64,000 bases of DNA from the IMG/VR virus record IMGVR_UViG_3300034062_005626. One strand, 5' to 3'. The DNA is from a virus. Taxonomy: Duplodnaviria > Caudoviricetes. Positions within the stretch are counted from its first letter, which is position 1; every line of letters begins with the position of its first letter. The position numbers and the translations under genes were made by a program. The notes below the pieces were generated by a model, which saw only the letters and a list, made by a program, of their open reading frames with translations, was not told the DNA's origin and searched no databases. Shown one piece after another: positions 34,085 to 43,915 of this stretch.

Positions 34085-36388
34085 CTATGTATAACAAGTT
34101 ACATCGTAGTCTATTGTTAATTCTAAAGTGAAGTTAGCATCAGCCAATGGGTCGGTGTCTCCCTCACAATTTGATTCAATGTGAATTGTATTATCTGTCA
34201 AACTTATAGTATAACTACTAATATCAGTAACACCACTTAATATCCCTTCTATTGTTGATTGCCAAACAGTGTCTTGTGGAACATCATTCAATGTTGTTGC
34301 GGTATAGAATGTTTGAGTAAATGCACTTCCGTTAATATTCATTTCAAGTATAAATTCTGCAGTATTTAAACTACATCCCGTATATCCACTTGTAACATCA
34401 ATATACCCCTCATTTAACATTTCTAAAAATCCACGTTTAGCCCCAACTGTTGTTGCAAATTCATTTTGACACAATTCAACAACAGAGTATGTTGTTACAT
34501 TATTTCCTGAACATGTGATTGTAAAATTGTGAGTTTGTGAACATCCGCGACTGTCTGTAACTTCAACAGAATACGTACCGGCGGTTAAACCGGATATAGT
34601 TGAACCCGTTTGTCCTGACGGAACATTATCTGACCAATCATAACTAAATGTTGGTTCTCCGTCGTATATTAATACTTGCGCAGTTCCATTTTGACCACCA
34701 TAACATTGTGTTGTTGATATTGCACTAATTAAACTACCTCCCGTTGATATTGTTACTTGTTCATCAATTTGACATCCATCTGCATCAACAACTGTAAGAG
34801 TATAACTACCAGCCACTAAATTATTAAAGGTATATGAAGATAATGATGTATCTAATACTGATTGACCGTCACTTAATATATAGTCCAAAGGTGATGTGTA
34901 ACCAGTCCCAACTTGAACTTGTAAAACACCATCATTTTGTGAACATGTTGAACCAGTTGTTGTTGCACTTATTTCAAACTTATCAGTAGATGCCAACGTA
35001 ACAGTTGTTGTGTATTCACAGTTTGTTCCTGTTGCAGATATAATTAAGTCATACGTATCATTTGTTAAACCTGAAAACGTACTAGTTAAACTTTGTGTTG
35101 TATTGGTATATACTAAACCGTTCGTTTGTCCCGATAATATATAACTATAAAAATTATTTGAACCTTGTAATGAAACAGTTAATGAACCAAGTTGTTGACT
35201 ACAATTAGAATTAGTTACTACCGTATCAACTATAAAAAATGAATTTTCAGCATTAATAAATGCACTTATTATTTGTTTACAAAAGTTCGCATCTGTAATT
35301 TCTAAATTGTAATTTCCACTTGATAAACCTGATAAGGTTAATGTATCGCTTAATGTATACCCTACTTGTGATGTGCTGGCGGAATAATAATAAGGGACAC
35401 TACCCCCTGTAATTGTAAATGTAATACTACCGTCTGATGAAAAACAAGAAGGATTTACAGAAGTAACAATACCAACTCCAAGTGGGTCGGCTTCACCTAT
35501 AGTATCACTTTTAGTCACCACACAACCATTACCATCAGTTACAGTACAACTATAAGTTCCAATTGTTAAACCTGTTATTGTTTGACCCGTCTCACCGTTA
35601 TTCCAAAGATATGTGTAAGGTGATGTTCCTGTAAGTCCTGTGATTGAAAGTTTACCTTCATTAATCACACAAGTAGACGTATTTACTTTCCAAAAACCAA
35701 AATCAAAATTTGAAGAGGATGAAACAATTGCGTTAGATGTTGTTGCAGTTGACAACCCATAATCCACAACTTGAACAAAATATGTGTCCGCAGATAGATT
35801 TGTGAATGTATAAGGGAACAAAGTTGTTACTTGTGATTCAACAGTACCTCCTGATGTGGATAATATTAAAGTATAAGGCGACATTTGAGAGTCGGCACTT
35901 ACAGTTAGTGTTCCATTATTTTCTCCACATGTGGTTGGTGTTACGTCAATAATGTCAGTATAAAAACAACCTGTTATAATAACGTTTATATATAATTCGT
36001 TATTTTCAAACCCTTCAGAATCATTTAACCTAAACACATAGGTGTCGGCGGTTAATCCTGAAAATGTTATTGGACTTGATGACGTTTGAGCACTTATTCC
36101 ACCAGGTTGTATATTATCTATTGTGTATGGAGGTATTCCACCATATGGTGAAAATGTTACAGAACCCGTTGGGGATGAGCATGTACCTGTGATTGTAAAT
36201 GTTAGTCCTAATGGTTGGTCATCGCAAGTTGGTGTACAAGCGGACATTGTGTTATAAACACCAAATGTTGATGCTGAGTACGCACTATCAAAACAAATAG
36301 TTTCCCCTAAAGAAACTCCAACTACAAAGTTACCACAACAATCATAGTACCTATATACCCCATCCGTTAAACCCGAAAAACAAGCCAT
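34085..36388 (-). CDS. Tail-associated protein with tandem SprB-type repeats
   Basis: Repeated TC...DG.I....TGG..PY.Y....G...L..G.Y...VTD.NGC modules. Confidence 0.75.
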   Translation of the reverse strand: MACFSGLTDGVYRYYDCCGNFVVGVSLGETICFDSAYSASTFGVYNTMSACTPTCDDQPLGLTFTITGTCSSPTGSVTFSPYGGIPPYTIDNIQPGGISAQTSSSPITFSGLTADTYVFRLNDSEGFENNELYINVIITGCFYTDIIDVTPTTCGENNGTLTVSADSQMSPYTLILSTSGGTVESQVTTLFPYTFTNLSADTYFVQVVDYGLSTATTSNAIVSSSSNFDFGFWKVNTSTCVINEGKLSITGLTGTSPYTYLWNNGETGQTITGLTIGTYSCTVTDGNGCVVTKSDTIGEADPLGVGIVTSVNPSCFSSDGSITFTITGGSVPYYYSASTSQVGYTLSDTLTLSGLSSGNYNLEITDANFCKQIISAFINAENSFFIVDTVVTNSNCSQQLGSLTVSLQGSNNFYSYILSGQTNGLVYTNTTQSLTSTFSGLTNDTYDLIISATGTNCEYTTTVTLASTDKFEISATTTGSTCSQNDGVLQVQVGTGYTSPLDYILSDGQSVLDTSLSSYTFNNLVAGSYTLTVVDADGCQIDEQVTISTGGSLISAISTTQCYGGQNGTAQVLIYDGEPTFSYDWSDNVPSGQTGSTISGLTAGTYSVEVTDSRGCSQTHNFTITCSGNNVTTYSVVELCQNEFATTVGAKRGFLEMLNEGYIDVTSGYTGCSLNTAEFILEMNINGSAFTQTFYTATTLNDVPQDTVWQSTIEGILSGVTDISSYTISLTDNTIHIESNCEGDTDPLADANFTLELTIDYDVTCYT

Positions 36389-39336
36389 TAATTACAATTT
36401 ATACTAGCGTTTATACCTATATTTAAGTACAGTTTTTTATTTGTGAAGTCATCATAACAAGTTGAATTACTTATTACTAAAGTTTTACCCGCAAAATAAT
36501 AGTTTAGTCCATGATTATATAATTCTTGTAATTTGTCATCAATTGCCGCTGTTATTTGAGCAACCGTTGGCACATCATAAAAACCATATCCTGTGTAGAA
36601 TTGCTCTTGAACTAAAATCGTACTGTCTAATCTACAATCCACAAACCACTCCGATACTATACTTGTTAAATCACAATTGGCTTGAGTGTACCCACTCTGT
36701 TTTACAACCGCACTTAAAACTTGTGTTAGATAAGTTTGTGGACTGTCAAAGTTTAATTCACATCTTAAAGTTTGGTCTATACAATCATATCCAAATAACT
36801 GACCGTCAAATGTACAAGGTACACATTCAACTTGTATAAATTGACATCCTCTTTGTCTTCTCCATATGAATTTTTGTCTATGGAAAATTGAGTTTTCCAT
36901 TTTTTGGCCCGTGAGCCAAAGTGTTGTTGCAGGAACCAACTGTTCCAATAATCTTTGCCAATAATCACCAATACCTAATGTATAGTCTATCATTTTTTGA
37001 TAGGTAAATTGATTGGAAGGTATTCCTACTGTTTGTTGTGATTGAAGGTATTTCCAATATATTGATTGAAGTGTAGGGTAACCACCTGTCTTACCGTCGA
37101 AAATTGTTTGTCTATTTCTAACATTAATCATGTTGGTAAAGAACGATTGAGCAAATTCAAAAAATGTTTTTTGTTTTGGTTGTGGGTTTACAAAAGTCCA
37201 ATCTATCGCTCCTGGATATGGATAAGGTGACGTTAAACCGGTATTTGGAATTGGGTAATCGTATTTAACACACATATCCCACACATCATAAACTAACCCT
37301 TGACCCATATTAATATTTAATTCAATATTTTTTGAGTTTATAAGTTGTTTGTCGTTTGTAATGGTGTAATCAACCCCATTAAAGTTTGAATTATTTTTTC
37401 TGTTTCCTATGTCGTCAACGGACCAAGACTTTTGGTTGTCGTAAATTTTTGTTATTGTATACCCTTCATTCAAAAATGGAAACTTAGTAAACCTGTCTAA
37501 GTATTCTTGACCATATGAAAAAGGTTGTAGTTGTGTTACAACACTTGGTACGTTTTGGTCAAGTTGTGAATTTTCTAAATCGACAACTTGTGGTGACCTG
37601 TGTTTTGGGCTAGATTCAAACCAACCTGAACCTTTTTGGAAAAAGTAATCATCTGTCTGTGTTGGTGACTTAGGGTAACCATCGTCAGAAATACCATAAT
37701 CATTTCTTGACGTTGTTACAGTTTGCACTTCTCCGTTTGTTGTAAATCCGGTATATGTTACTCCTTGAATAGAAAATGTATTTGTTGGGTCTAATGCAGG
37801 TTTTTCAACATAAACCGTACCTCCACTTATTTTAGCATAATTTTCTTTAAATTGGTCCACATTAATTTTTGAATCGACCAAATACACAACTTCATTAAAT
37901 TCTGTTATTGCTTCAGGTGCACCAATCAATCTCATTATGTATTCCAAAGATGTTCTTGTTCCTTTGGATTTAAACATATATGCTGAGTTTAGAATTACAT
38001 TTCTAAAATATTGATAGTTTAATTCTGATGGTGTTTTTTCTTCTGCTTGACCTGAATAAATTTGGTCGGTTGTTGTACTAAACACCGCATCTAATAATTG
38101 GTCGTTATTAATTGGCGATATATTTGTATTTACCCCCAAGGTTTGTGCTAAATTAGTTAGTAACTGTGATGGTATATCATTTCCCACAACATAGTTCACT
38201 GAGTTCATATTCGCCAAGGCATCAATAAACTTTTTAACCTCATCAAAACTTCTACCATATATTTGTAGAATTTTTTCCATCTTTTGGTCCTGAGTGTCAA
38301 AGTCCTTGAATGCCCCTGTTGTTAGAAATCTTGAAATCAAATTGGTTTTGTAATCGTCAAGATTAAGTGCGATTTCACTTAAAGTTGTTAAATACGTGTC
38401 AAAATTAGATGTCACAATATCTAAATTCCATAAACCGTCCAATACCCATGTTACACTTTGTACTTTTAATGTAAAAATCCCATCTGAATCGTAGTATGGG
38501 TACTCAAAAATCGCAGTATACTTTGGTTGGCTATTTCTATTTAATATAAAATCCTCAACCTCATCAAAATCATCTTGGAATATTTCAGCAGTTTTTTGTG
38601 TATTTGGTTTTACTATAAATGTTTCTGTTGAAATTGTTTGTCCTGAAAAAGGGTCACCTTCAACTGTGAATGTAATTGTTCCTGCTGTTAATGTCGCTGA
38701 AGGTATAAAATCAACTACAGGGTATTCTGTTGTAAGAGCAGAAAAATATAAACTAAAGTTTTCGTAGTTATTTGTTAAATCACGGTATTTTGAAACTTTT
38801 ATAGGTCTAACTTGAATGTTTCTTGCTGCGTTTACAGAGAAGTCAATGTCAAAAGGATTAACTATCCACGGAACATCAACATCAAACGTTGTTAAATTTT
38901 CAATAGGGTCAAAAGCAATATTTGTAGCGGTGTATCCTGTTGTAAATGACAGAGTCGTTCCTCTTACTTCTAAGGCCGCCGGAAAATAACTTATTATTTT
39001 TGTTACGGACGCTGATAATCTTTTTTGAAGTGAACCATACAACGTAAAACTCGTTACTTGTGATATATCAAAATTTGGATATACTGAAAAGTTTTTTTGT
39101 ATGATTTTTTTTGTTTGTTCAACATCTTCAATATTTAAATTTTCTAAATTATAAAGTTGTGAGAAAACACCTAAATCAAAATTACGATTTACCTTTTCAT
39201 AAATGGCAGTTGTAAACTGAAAGTTTCCTTGTGTTAATCCACCTCCTGTCACCAACTGTAATCCAACTATGTTGTCAAACGCAGTTAAAGTTCCTACAGG
39301 TGGAGCAGGTGGATATCTAAATATTTGTTTTGCCAT
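36388..39336 (-). CDS. Baseplate wedge-type protein (gp7/gpI-like region)
   Basis: LLTNLAQTLG...AYMFKSKGTRTSLEYIMRLIG motif; position in the baseplate cluster. Confidence 0.55.
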   Translation of the reverse strand: MAKQIFRYPPAPPVGTLTAFDNIVGLQLVTGGGLTQGNFQFTTAIYEKVNRNFDLGVFSQLYNLENLNIEDVEQTKKIIQKNFSVYPNFDISQVTSFTLYGSLQKRLSASVTKIISYFPAALEVRGTTLSFTTGYTATNIAFDPIENLTTFDVDVPWIVNPFDIDFSVNAARNIQVRPIKVSKYRDLTNNYENFSLYFSALTTEYPVVDFIPSATLTAGTITFTVEGDPFSGQTISTETFIVKPNTQKTAEIFQDDFDEVEDFILNRNSQPKYTAIFEYPYYDSDGIFTLKVQSVTWVLDGLWNLDIVTSNFDTYLTTLSEIALNLDDYKTNLISRFLTTGAFKDFDTQDQKMEKILQIYGRSFDEVKKFIDALANMNSVNYVVGNDIPSQLLTNLAQTLGVNTNISPINNDQLLDAVFSTTTDQIYSGQAEEKTPSELNYQYFRNVILNSAYMFKSKGTRTSLEYIMRLIGAPEAITEFNEVVYLVDSKINVDQFKENYAKISGGTVYVEKPALDPTNTFSIQGVTYTGFTTNGEVQTVTTSRNDYGISDDGYPKSPTQTDDYFFQKGSGWFESSPKHRSPQVVDLENSQLDQNVPSVVTQLQPFSYGQEYLDRFTKFPFLNEGYTITKIYDNQKSWSVDDIGNRKNNSNFNGVDYTITNDKQLINSKNIELNINMGQGLVYDVWDMCVKYDYPIPNTGLTSPYPYPGAIDWTFVNPQPKQKTFFEFAQSFFTNMINVRNRQTIFDGKTGGYPTLQSIYWKYLQSQQTVGIPSNQFTYQKMIDYTLGIGDYWQRLLEQLVPATTLWLTGQKMENSIFHRQKFIWRRQRGCQFIQVECVPCTFDGQLFGYDCIDQTLRCELNFDSPQTYLTQVLSAVVKQSGYTQANCDLTSIVSEWFVDCRLDSTILVQEQFYTGYGFYDVPTVAQITAAIDDKLQELYNHGLNYYFAGKTLVISNSTCYDDFTNKKLYLNIGINASINCN

Positions 39337-40244
39337 TATTCAATAATATTGGTAAAGTTTTTACTGTAATCAATGTTATTATTTCTATCTTGTCTAACTT
39401 CAAATAGAAGTTCACTAAAGTTGTTTCTAATTTCAAATAGGTTGTATTGTTTGTAAATGTTTCCTGCCGTATCGTAAAGAGTGTAAATACCATCCTCAAT
39501 ACTTTTGGTTTGATTACCATAAAGAGCAATTGCTAAAGTGTCAATGTCGTATTCCGCCATTTGAACATCAATAGTAATAGGATTAAAGAAAGTATTTGTT
39601 ATTATAATATTTTGGTTTGGTTGACCTATAAAAGGAATTGCACTTGGTTTATTAGATGGAGATGAAGAAGGTGAAAGTGTACAGAAAATTAAATCTGTTG
39701 GGTTGTCTACATATCTATATCTAATAGACTTTTGTGTTGTGTTAACCTGTTCTGTAATTACAGGTTCACAATAAAATGATGACGTAACAAGTCTATAAAA
39801 GTTTGGTATTTTTGTTCCGTTATTATTTAAGTATTCAACTCTAAAACCAACAAGTCCTTGATTAACAAATTTATTTCTATACTGTGAAGGAACATTATTA
39901 ATATCAATAATAATACCTTTTACGTTTGGTAGTGCCGATAAAACTCCACAGTCATTTATTGTTGTTCTAATTTCAGCAGGTCTAATCATTAAAGTATAAA
40001 TCCCCAACTTACTAAACTCGGTTGCGGGCAATCTTAAATTATATAAACCACCTAAAATTTCCACGTTATTATTACCACCAGTATCTGAATTATGAAAATA
40101 TGGTGTTAATATATTTGCGGCATTTAATTTTTTTAATGTGAAATTATTTGTAACATCCCTTGAAGGTGTATAGTGTAAGATGATTTCAACATCATCAGGT
40201 GATACATCAGCGGGTCTTGTTATTCCATATGTGCCAAGTGCCAT
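39336..40244 (-). CDS. Putative structural protein
   Basis: 302 aa in the baseplate operon; TATTTATA upstream. Confidence 0.6.
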   Translation of the reverse strand: MALGTYGITRPADVSPDDVEIILHYTPSRDVTNNFTLKKLNAANILTPYFHNSDTGGNNNVEILGGLYNLRLPATEFSKLGIYTLMIRPAEIRTTINDCGVLSALPNVKGIIIDINNVPSQYRNKFVNQGLVGFRVEYLNNNGTKIPNFYRLVTSSFYCEPVITEQVNTTQKSIRYRYVDNPTDLIFCTLSPSSSPSNKPSAIPFIGQPNQNIIITNTFFNPITIDVQMAEYDIDTLAIALYGNQTKSIEDGIYTLYDTAGNIYKQYNLFEIRNNFSELLFEVRQDRNNNIDYSKNFTNIIE

Positions 40245-40254
40245 TTTTTTATTT

Positions 40255-40262
40255 TATAAATA
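40255..40262 (-). promoter_or_regulatory. Putative late-promoter motif TATTTATA
   Basis: 10 nt upstream of the ATG at 40244. Confidence 0.5.
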
Positions 40263-40276
40263 GTTTATGTCTTTTT

Positions 40277-41365
40277 TTATGTTGTATTAATTTTATAATA
40301 TCCGTAACCATATCTTACCATATCACCAATATTATCAACTTCACCTAATCTTTGTAATGGTTCAAACGCGCTATATTTACCTCTTTCGATATAAACATCG
40401 CTTTGAACTTCAGGGTCCATAACAAAATCTAACAAATATTCATTTTTTGTAATCGCTGAAAACAATAAATCATTTTGGGTAAATCCTGAACTTTGTAATA
40501 AGTACAGAGTTTGTCCGTTTGGAAAGTCGTAATAAGTGATGTCATTTATTGTGTATGAAGTATACCCTGACGTTATAGAATTTATTTGTCCGTATGGTAC
40601 TCCATTTTTTATAAAAGTATAACCAACTGTATACGGGTTAGGTCCCCATCTTTTTACATCCGTAAGTTTAGATTTGGTATAACCTGAAACAGGAAAAGGA
40701 ATTGTCGTGTATGAACTTGATATTTGTGATGATACATTATTTTGTGAATCACCTGTTGCTATAAAATCGTAACTTACAGGTATACCTGACCAATAACCAC
40801 CTTGTGGTGTGAAAGTAAAATTACCTTGTAAATTTGTTATTGTTGCCCCCGTTAAAGGAAGTACAATCGGTTTTTCAATTATATTCAACCCCCAACTATT
40901 TTGACCAGAAAAAGTTATGGTATACGCACTTGGTGTGGTGGGGTATGTATGTGTCAATGGTTGGGTTCCAACCTGTTGAGTTGGGCTCCCATCACCCCAA
41001 TCAACAAAGAAACTTGATAGTTTTAAAAATGATATTTCTATGTCACCCGATGTATTATAAAAATTAACATCGTAAGGTGTTAATGTATCAGCAGAAAATA
41101 AAAAATTAGACAACACATCTTTTTGTAACATAAGACCATCAAACTCACTATAAAAACCAATATCGTTCATAGTTTGAGTGAACATAATTGGTATTGTTAA
41201 ACCTGTTAAAAGTGATGTACCTCCCGTTCCTCCACTCAATATGTAAGACATACCTGAATACACACCAAAGGTTTGTGACCCACTGTCACCACTATAAGTT
41301 TCACCAAAAATATCTGTAGAAATATTTTCAGGGGATACTATTAAAGAATATTTTTCAGCTTCCAT
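40277..41365 (-). CDS. Putative structural protein with a PKD-like segment
   Basis: VDWGDGSP...THTY motif. Confidence 0.6.
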   Translation of the reverse strand: MEAEKYSLIVSPENISTDIFGETYSGDSGSQTFGVYSGMSYILSGGTGGTSLLTGLTIPIMFTQTMNDIGFYSEFDGLMLQKDVLSNFLFSADTLTPYDVNFYNTSGDIEISFLKLSSFFVDWGDGSPTQQVGTQPLTHTYPTTPSAYTITFSGQNSWGLNIIEKPIVLPLTGATITNLQGNFTFTPQGGYWSGIPVSYDFIATGDSQNNVSSQISSSYTTIPFPVSGYTKSKLTDVKRWGPNPYTVGYTFIKNGVPYGQINSITSGYTSYTINDITYYDFPNGQTLYLLQSSGFTQNDLLFSAITKNEYLLDFVMDPEVQSDVYIERGKYSAFEPLQRLGEVDNIGDMVRYGYGYYKINTT

Positions 41366-42207
41366 TATGGGTTTCCGTATTCATACCATTTTATAACATT
41401 AACCGAATCACCAACTCTTTGAAGAACAGGTGCTTGGTTTTGTTGTGGGATTTCTTTGTAAACTTGATATTCAAAGTTTGCAAAATCTAACTCAACTTTA
41501 TAATAAAAATATTGTGATTTATTAAAATTAAATTTGTTATTTGCAGAAAAAGTAGATTGTGGTTCATTCATAAACCTTACAAATTGACCTGTCTTCGCAT
41601 TAAAAAACTTAGCGGTCATATAAAACTCTGTAATATTTATAAAATCAGTTTCTTTTAACCAATATATAAAAAATCCTTCTTTGTCGGAACCTGTATAATC
41701 AAGTTTAAATTTTGGTTTTTTAACATTCACTTGTGTTTGATTGTTTAATGGACCTAAAAAACCAACTCTTGTTTGTCCTTGTTGTGTTGGTAATATTACA
41801 CTAAAATATGCCTTTTGGTTTTCATTTGTTTTTGTGTCATAAAAATCCAATTTGAAAAAACTACCTTTGAATGAATTTGCAAAATAATATAATTCAGGGT
41901 CAGTAAATGTTGCATTATCATAGTCAACTGCCCAATCATTAGATGTTGCGGCAGTAACAGAAACGGTAGAATCTAAAAAATAAAATTCATAATTTATGTC
42001 TGTAACATTTGGTGTTTGCGAGTATTCTTTATTTGCGAATCTTGTAGTTTCAAAATCATCAATACCATTTATTAAATCTTGTAAAATATCAGTTTCAAAT
42101 TGAACGATTCCATCGTTTCTACCACCCATGTCAAAAGTTATTTCAACCGGTATGTTAAAAGCCGTATCTTCTGAAGTTACACTAAACCTATAATAATTAT
42201 TATTCAC
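41365..42207 (-). CDS. Putative structural protein
   Basis: 280 aa, translationally coupled in the baseplate operon. Confidence 0.6.
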   Translation of the reverse strand: MNNNYYRFSVTSEDTAFNIPVEITFDMGGRNDGIVQFETDILQDLINGIDDFETTRFANKEYSQTPNVTDINYEFYFLDSTVSVTAATSNDWAVDYDNATFTDPELYYFANSFKGSFFKLDFYDTKTNENQKAYFSVILPTQQGQTRVGFLGPLNNQTQVNVKKPKFKLDYTGSDKEGFFIYWLKETDFINITEFYMTAKFFNAKTGQFVRFMNEPQSTFSANNKFNFNKSQYFYYKVELDFANFEYQVYKEIPQQNQAPVLQRVGDSVNVIKWYEYGNP

Positions 42208-43915
42208 AATCGTCGTTAGTTATTTGTTGATATTCGTTTGAGAATACATTGTTATTTCTTCGAATAGGATATTGTAAAAATATACAATTTAAAAACGGAT
42301 AATGAGCTCCGTTGATGAATGGGTTATTTACCCCAATCCCATCACTATCTATATATCCATAAGTATATAAATCTCTCCAATACCATTTGTTATTATATTC
42401 ACTAAACCAAGAATACCCAGGTATATTGTCTACAGTGTCTTTTGTTCCATTTTCAATATAATCACTAAAAGCTCTAATGGGTATTGAATGGTGTGGGTTG
42501 TACAAATAACCATCAGGATAGTTTTGATTTCCCGTTGTTTGAAACAACAAATCGTTAAATGAATATTTGTGAATGGCTTTAGATAAAACATACTCTCTTT
42601 GTTCCATGTAGTTATATTCACAAAAATCTCCTAAAATTACATCACCTTGATTTAATATTTCATTATAATAAAATGTTTGTCCATTTAACGAATATGAATT
42701 TGTTGGTATATTATCTTTATTTAAACTATTGTTATGGTTCCACCATGTGTCCACTGAATTTTCTAAAAAATTAAAATTCCAACCTACGTCAATTCCGGTT
42801 TGTAGGCCATTTTGATTAACAAATGGTTTATTAAACCACCCCATATATCCTCTGTTTATAATTGTTAAAAACAACTCAGTTAATGGTTTTCCGTTGTTGT
42901 CTATGTAACCCCCTATTCTTACGTCTTTATCAAACGTGAAAGAAAATGTCTGAGCGTTATTTTTTACAGAAACTCTTTGTACTTGATTTGGTGTTAGTGC
43001 CGAATACTCTAATTTTTTATCTATTGCAAATGGGTTATTTTCAAATCCTGCTTTACTAATATTACATTGTTCACTGTTTTTGATAATCTTGTGTAATCTA
43101 ACATAGTATATGGATTTTGTTTCTGCAGAATTAGCAGGTTCAGTTATTCTTTTAAGATTTCCAAAAACACCCGTTTGTATATCTAATGTTGGATATTTTA
43201 AATCATAAATTGTAAAAACTTTATTTTCTGAATCGATTGTTCCATCACCCAAAGAATAAACTTGAAATATAGTTTTATTATTAATTGGTGTCGATAATTC
43301 AACATATTGTCCAATTTGTAAATTGTGATTTGTACCACAATAAAAATAAACTAAAGATTTTCCATTAAATTTACCTGTCGTTAAAACATAAGGTATTCCG
43401 TCACCAGCAACAAACCCCCCATTGGTTACTCCAAACTTTTCATCAGTATATGACATTGTTTGTGCGGTTGTACTTGAAAACGCATAACTAACATAAAAAG
43501 ACCAATTATACGTTGAAGCACTTTTAGGGACAAATGGTACATGTCCTGTAATACCGCTAAATCTTTGAATTGAGAACTCGTCAAACTGAGGGTTTCCTTC
43601 CCAAAAGTTTGAGTTGTTGGACGCATTACTTATTGCGTTTGTGTAATATAAATTATTTTTAAACGGTGTGTAAGATGTTTTACCGGTTAATGTATTATCA
43701 AATACATTTGTAATCTTACCAGCAAGTCTAAATTTATCACTCTCCTGTCTTTCTGTTTCAAAGAGCGTTTGTTGATTTACTAAGATACTTCTATCCCCTT
43801 CAATTAACTCTCTTCTATCACCAATTAATGGTGGTTGGAGCCAAACATCTTTATCTGTATTCCCAGCATACCTTTTGGACCCAATAACAATTCTTATTTC
43901 ATTTTCGTTACTCAT
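42200..43915 (-). CDS. Putative structural protein
   Basis: 571 aa in the baseplate operon. Confidence 0.6.
   Translation of the reverse strand: MSNENEIRIVIGSKRYAGNTDKDVWLQPPLIGDRRELIEGDRSILVNQQTLFETERQESDKFRLAGKITNVFDNTLTGKTSYTPFKNNLYYTNAISNASNNSNFWEGNPQFDEFSIQRFSGITGHVPFVPKSASTYNWSFYVSYAFSSTTAQTMSYTDEKFGVTNGGFVAGDGIPYVLTTGKFNGKSLVYFYCGTNHNLQIGQYVELSTPINNKTIFQVYSLGDGTIDSENKVFTIYDLKYPTLDIQTGVFGNLKRITEPANSAETKSIYYVRLHKIIKNSEQCNISKAGFENNPFAIDKKLEYSALTPNQVQRVSVKNNAQTFSFTFDKDVRIGGYIDNNGKPLTELFLTIINRGYMGWFNKPFVNQNGLQTGIDVGWNFNFLENSVDTWWNHNNSLNKDNIPTNSYSLNGQTFYYNEILNQGDVILGDFCEYNYMEQREYVLSKAIHKYSFNDLLFQTTGNQNYPDGYLYNPHHSIPIRAFSDYIENGTKDTVDNIPGYSWFSEYNNKWYWRDLYTYGYIDSDGIGVNNPFINGAHYPFLNCIFLQYPIRRNNNVFSNEYQQITNDDCE

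Noticed and set aside
33875-36388. TAG at 34085 directly followed by an in-frame ATG, suggesting read-through or a recoded genetic code
   Set aside because: All long genes are intact under the standard code, other TAG stops lead into non-coding sequence, and stop-ATG adjacency also occurs with TAA (19045)
23323-36388. Diversity-generating retroelement acting on the fibre genes
   Set aside because: No reverse transcriptase and no template/variable repeat pair seen in this window
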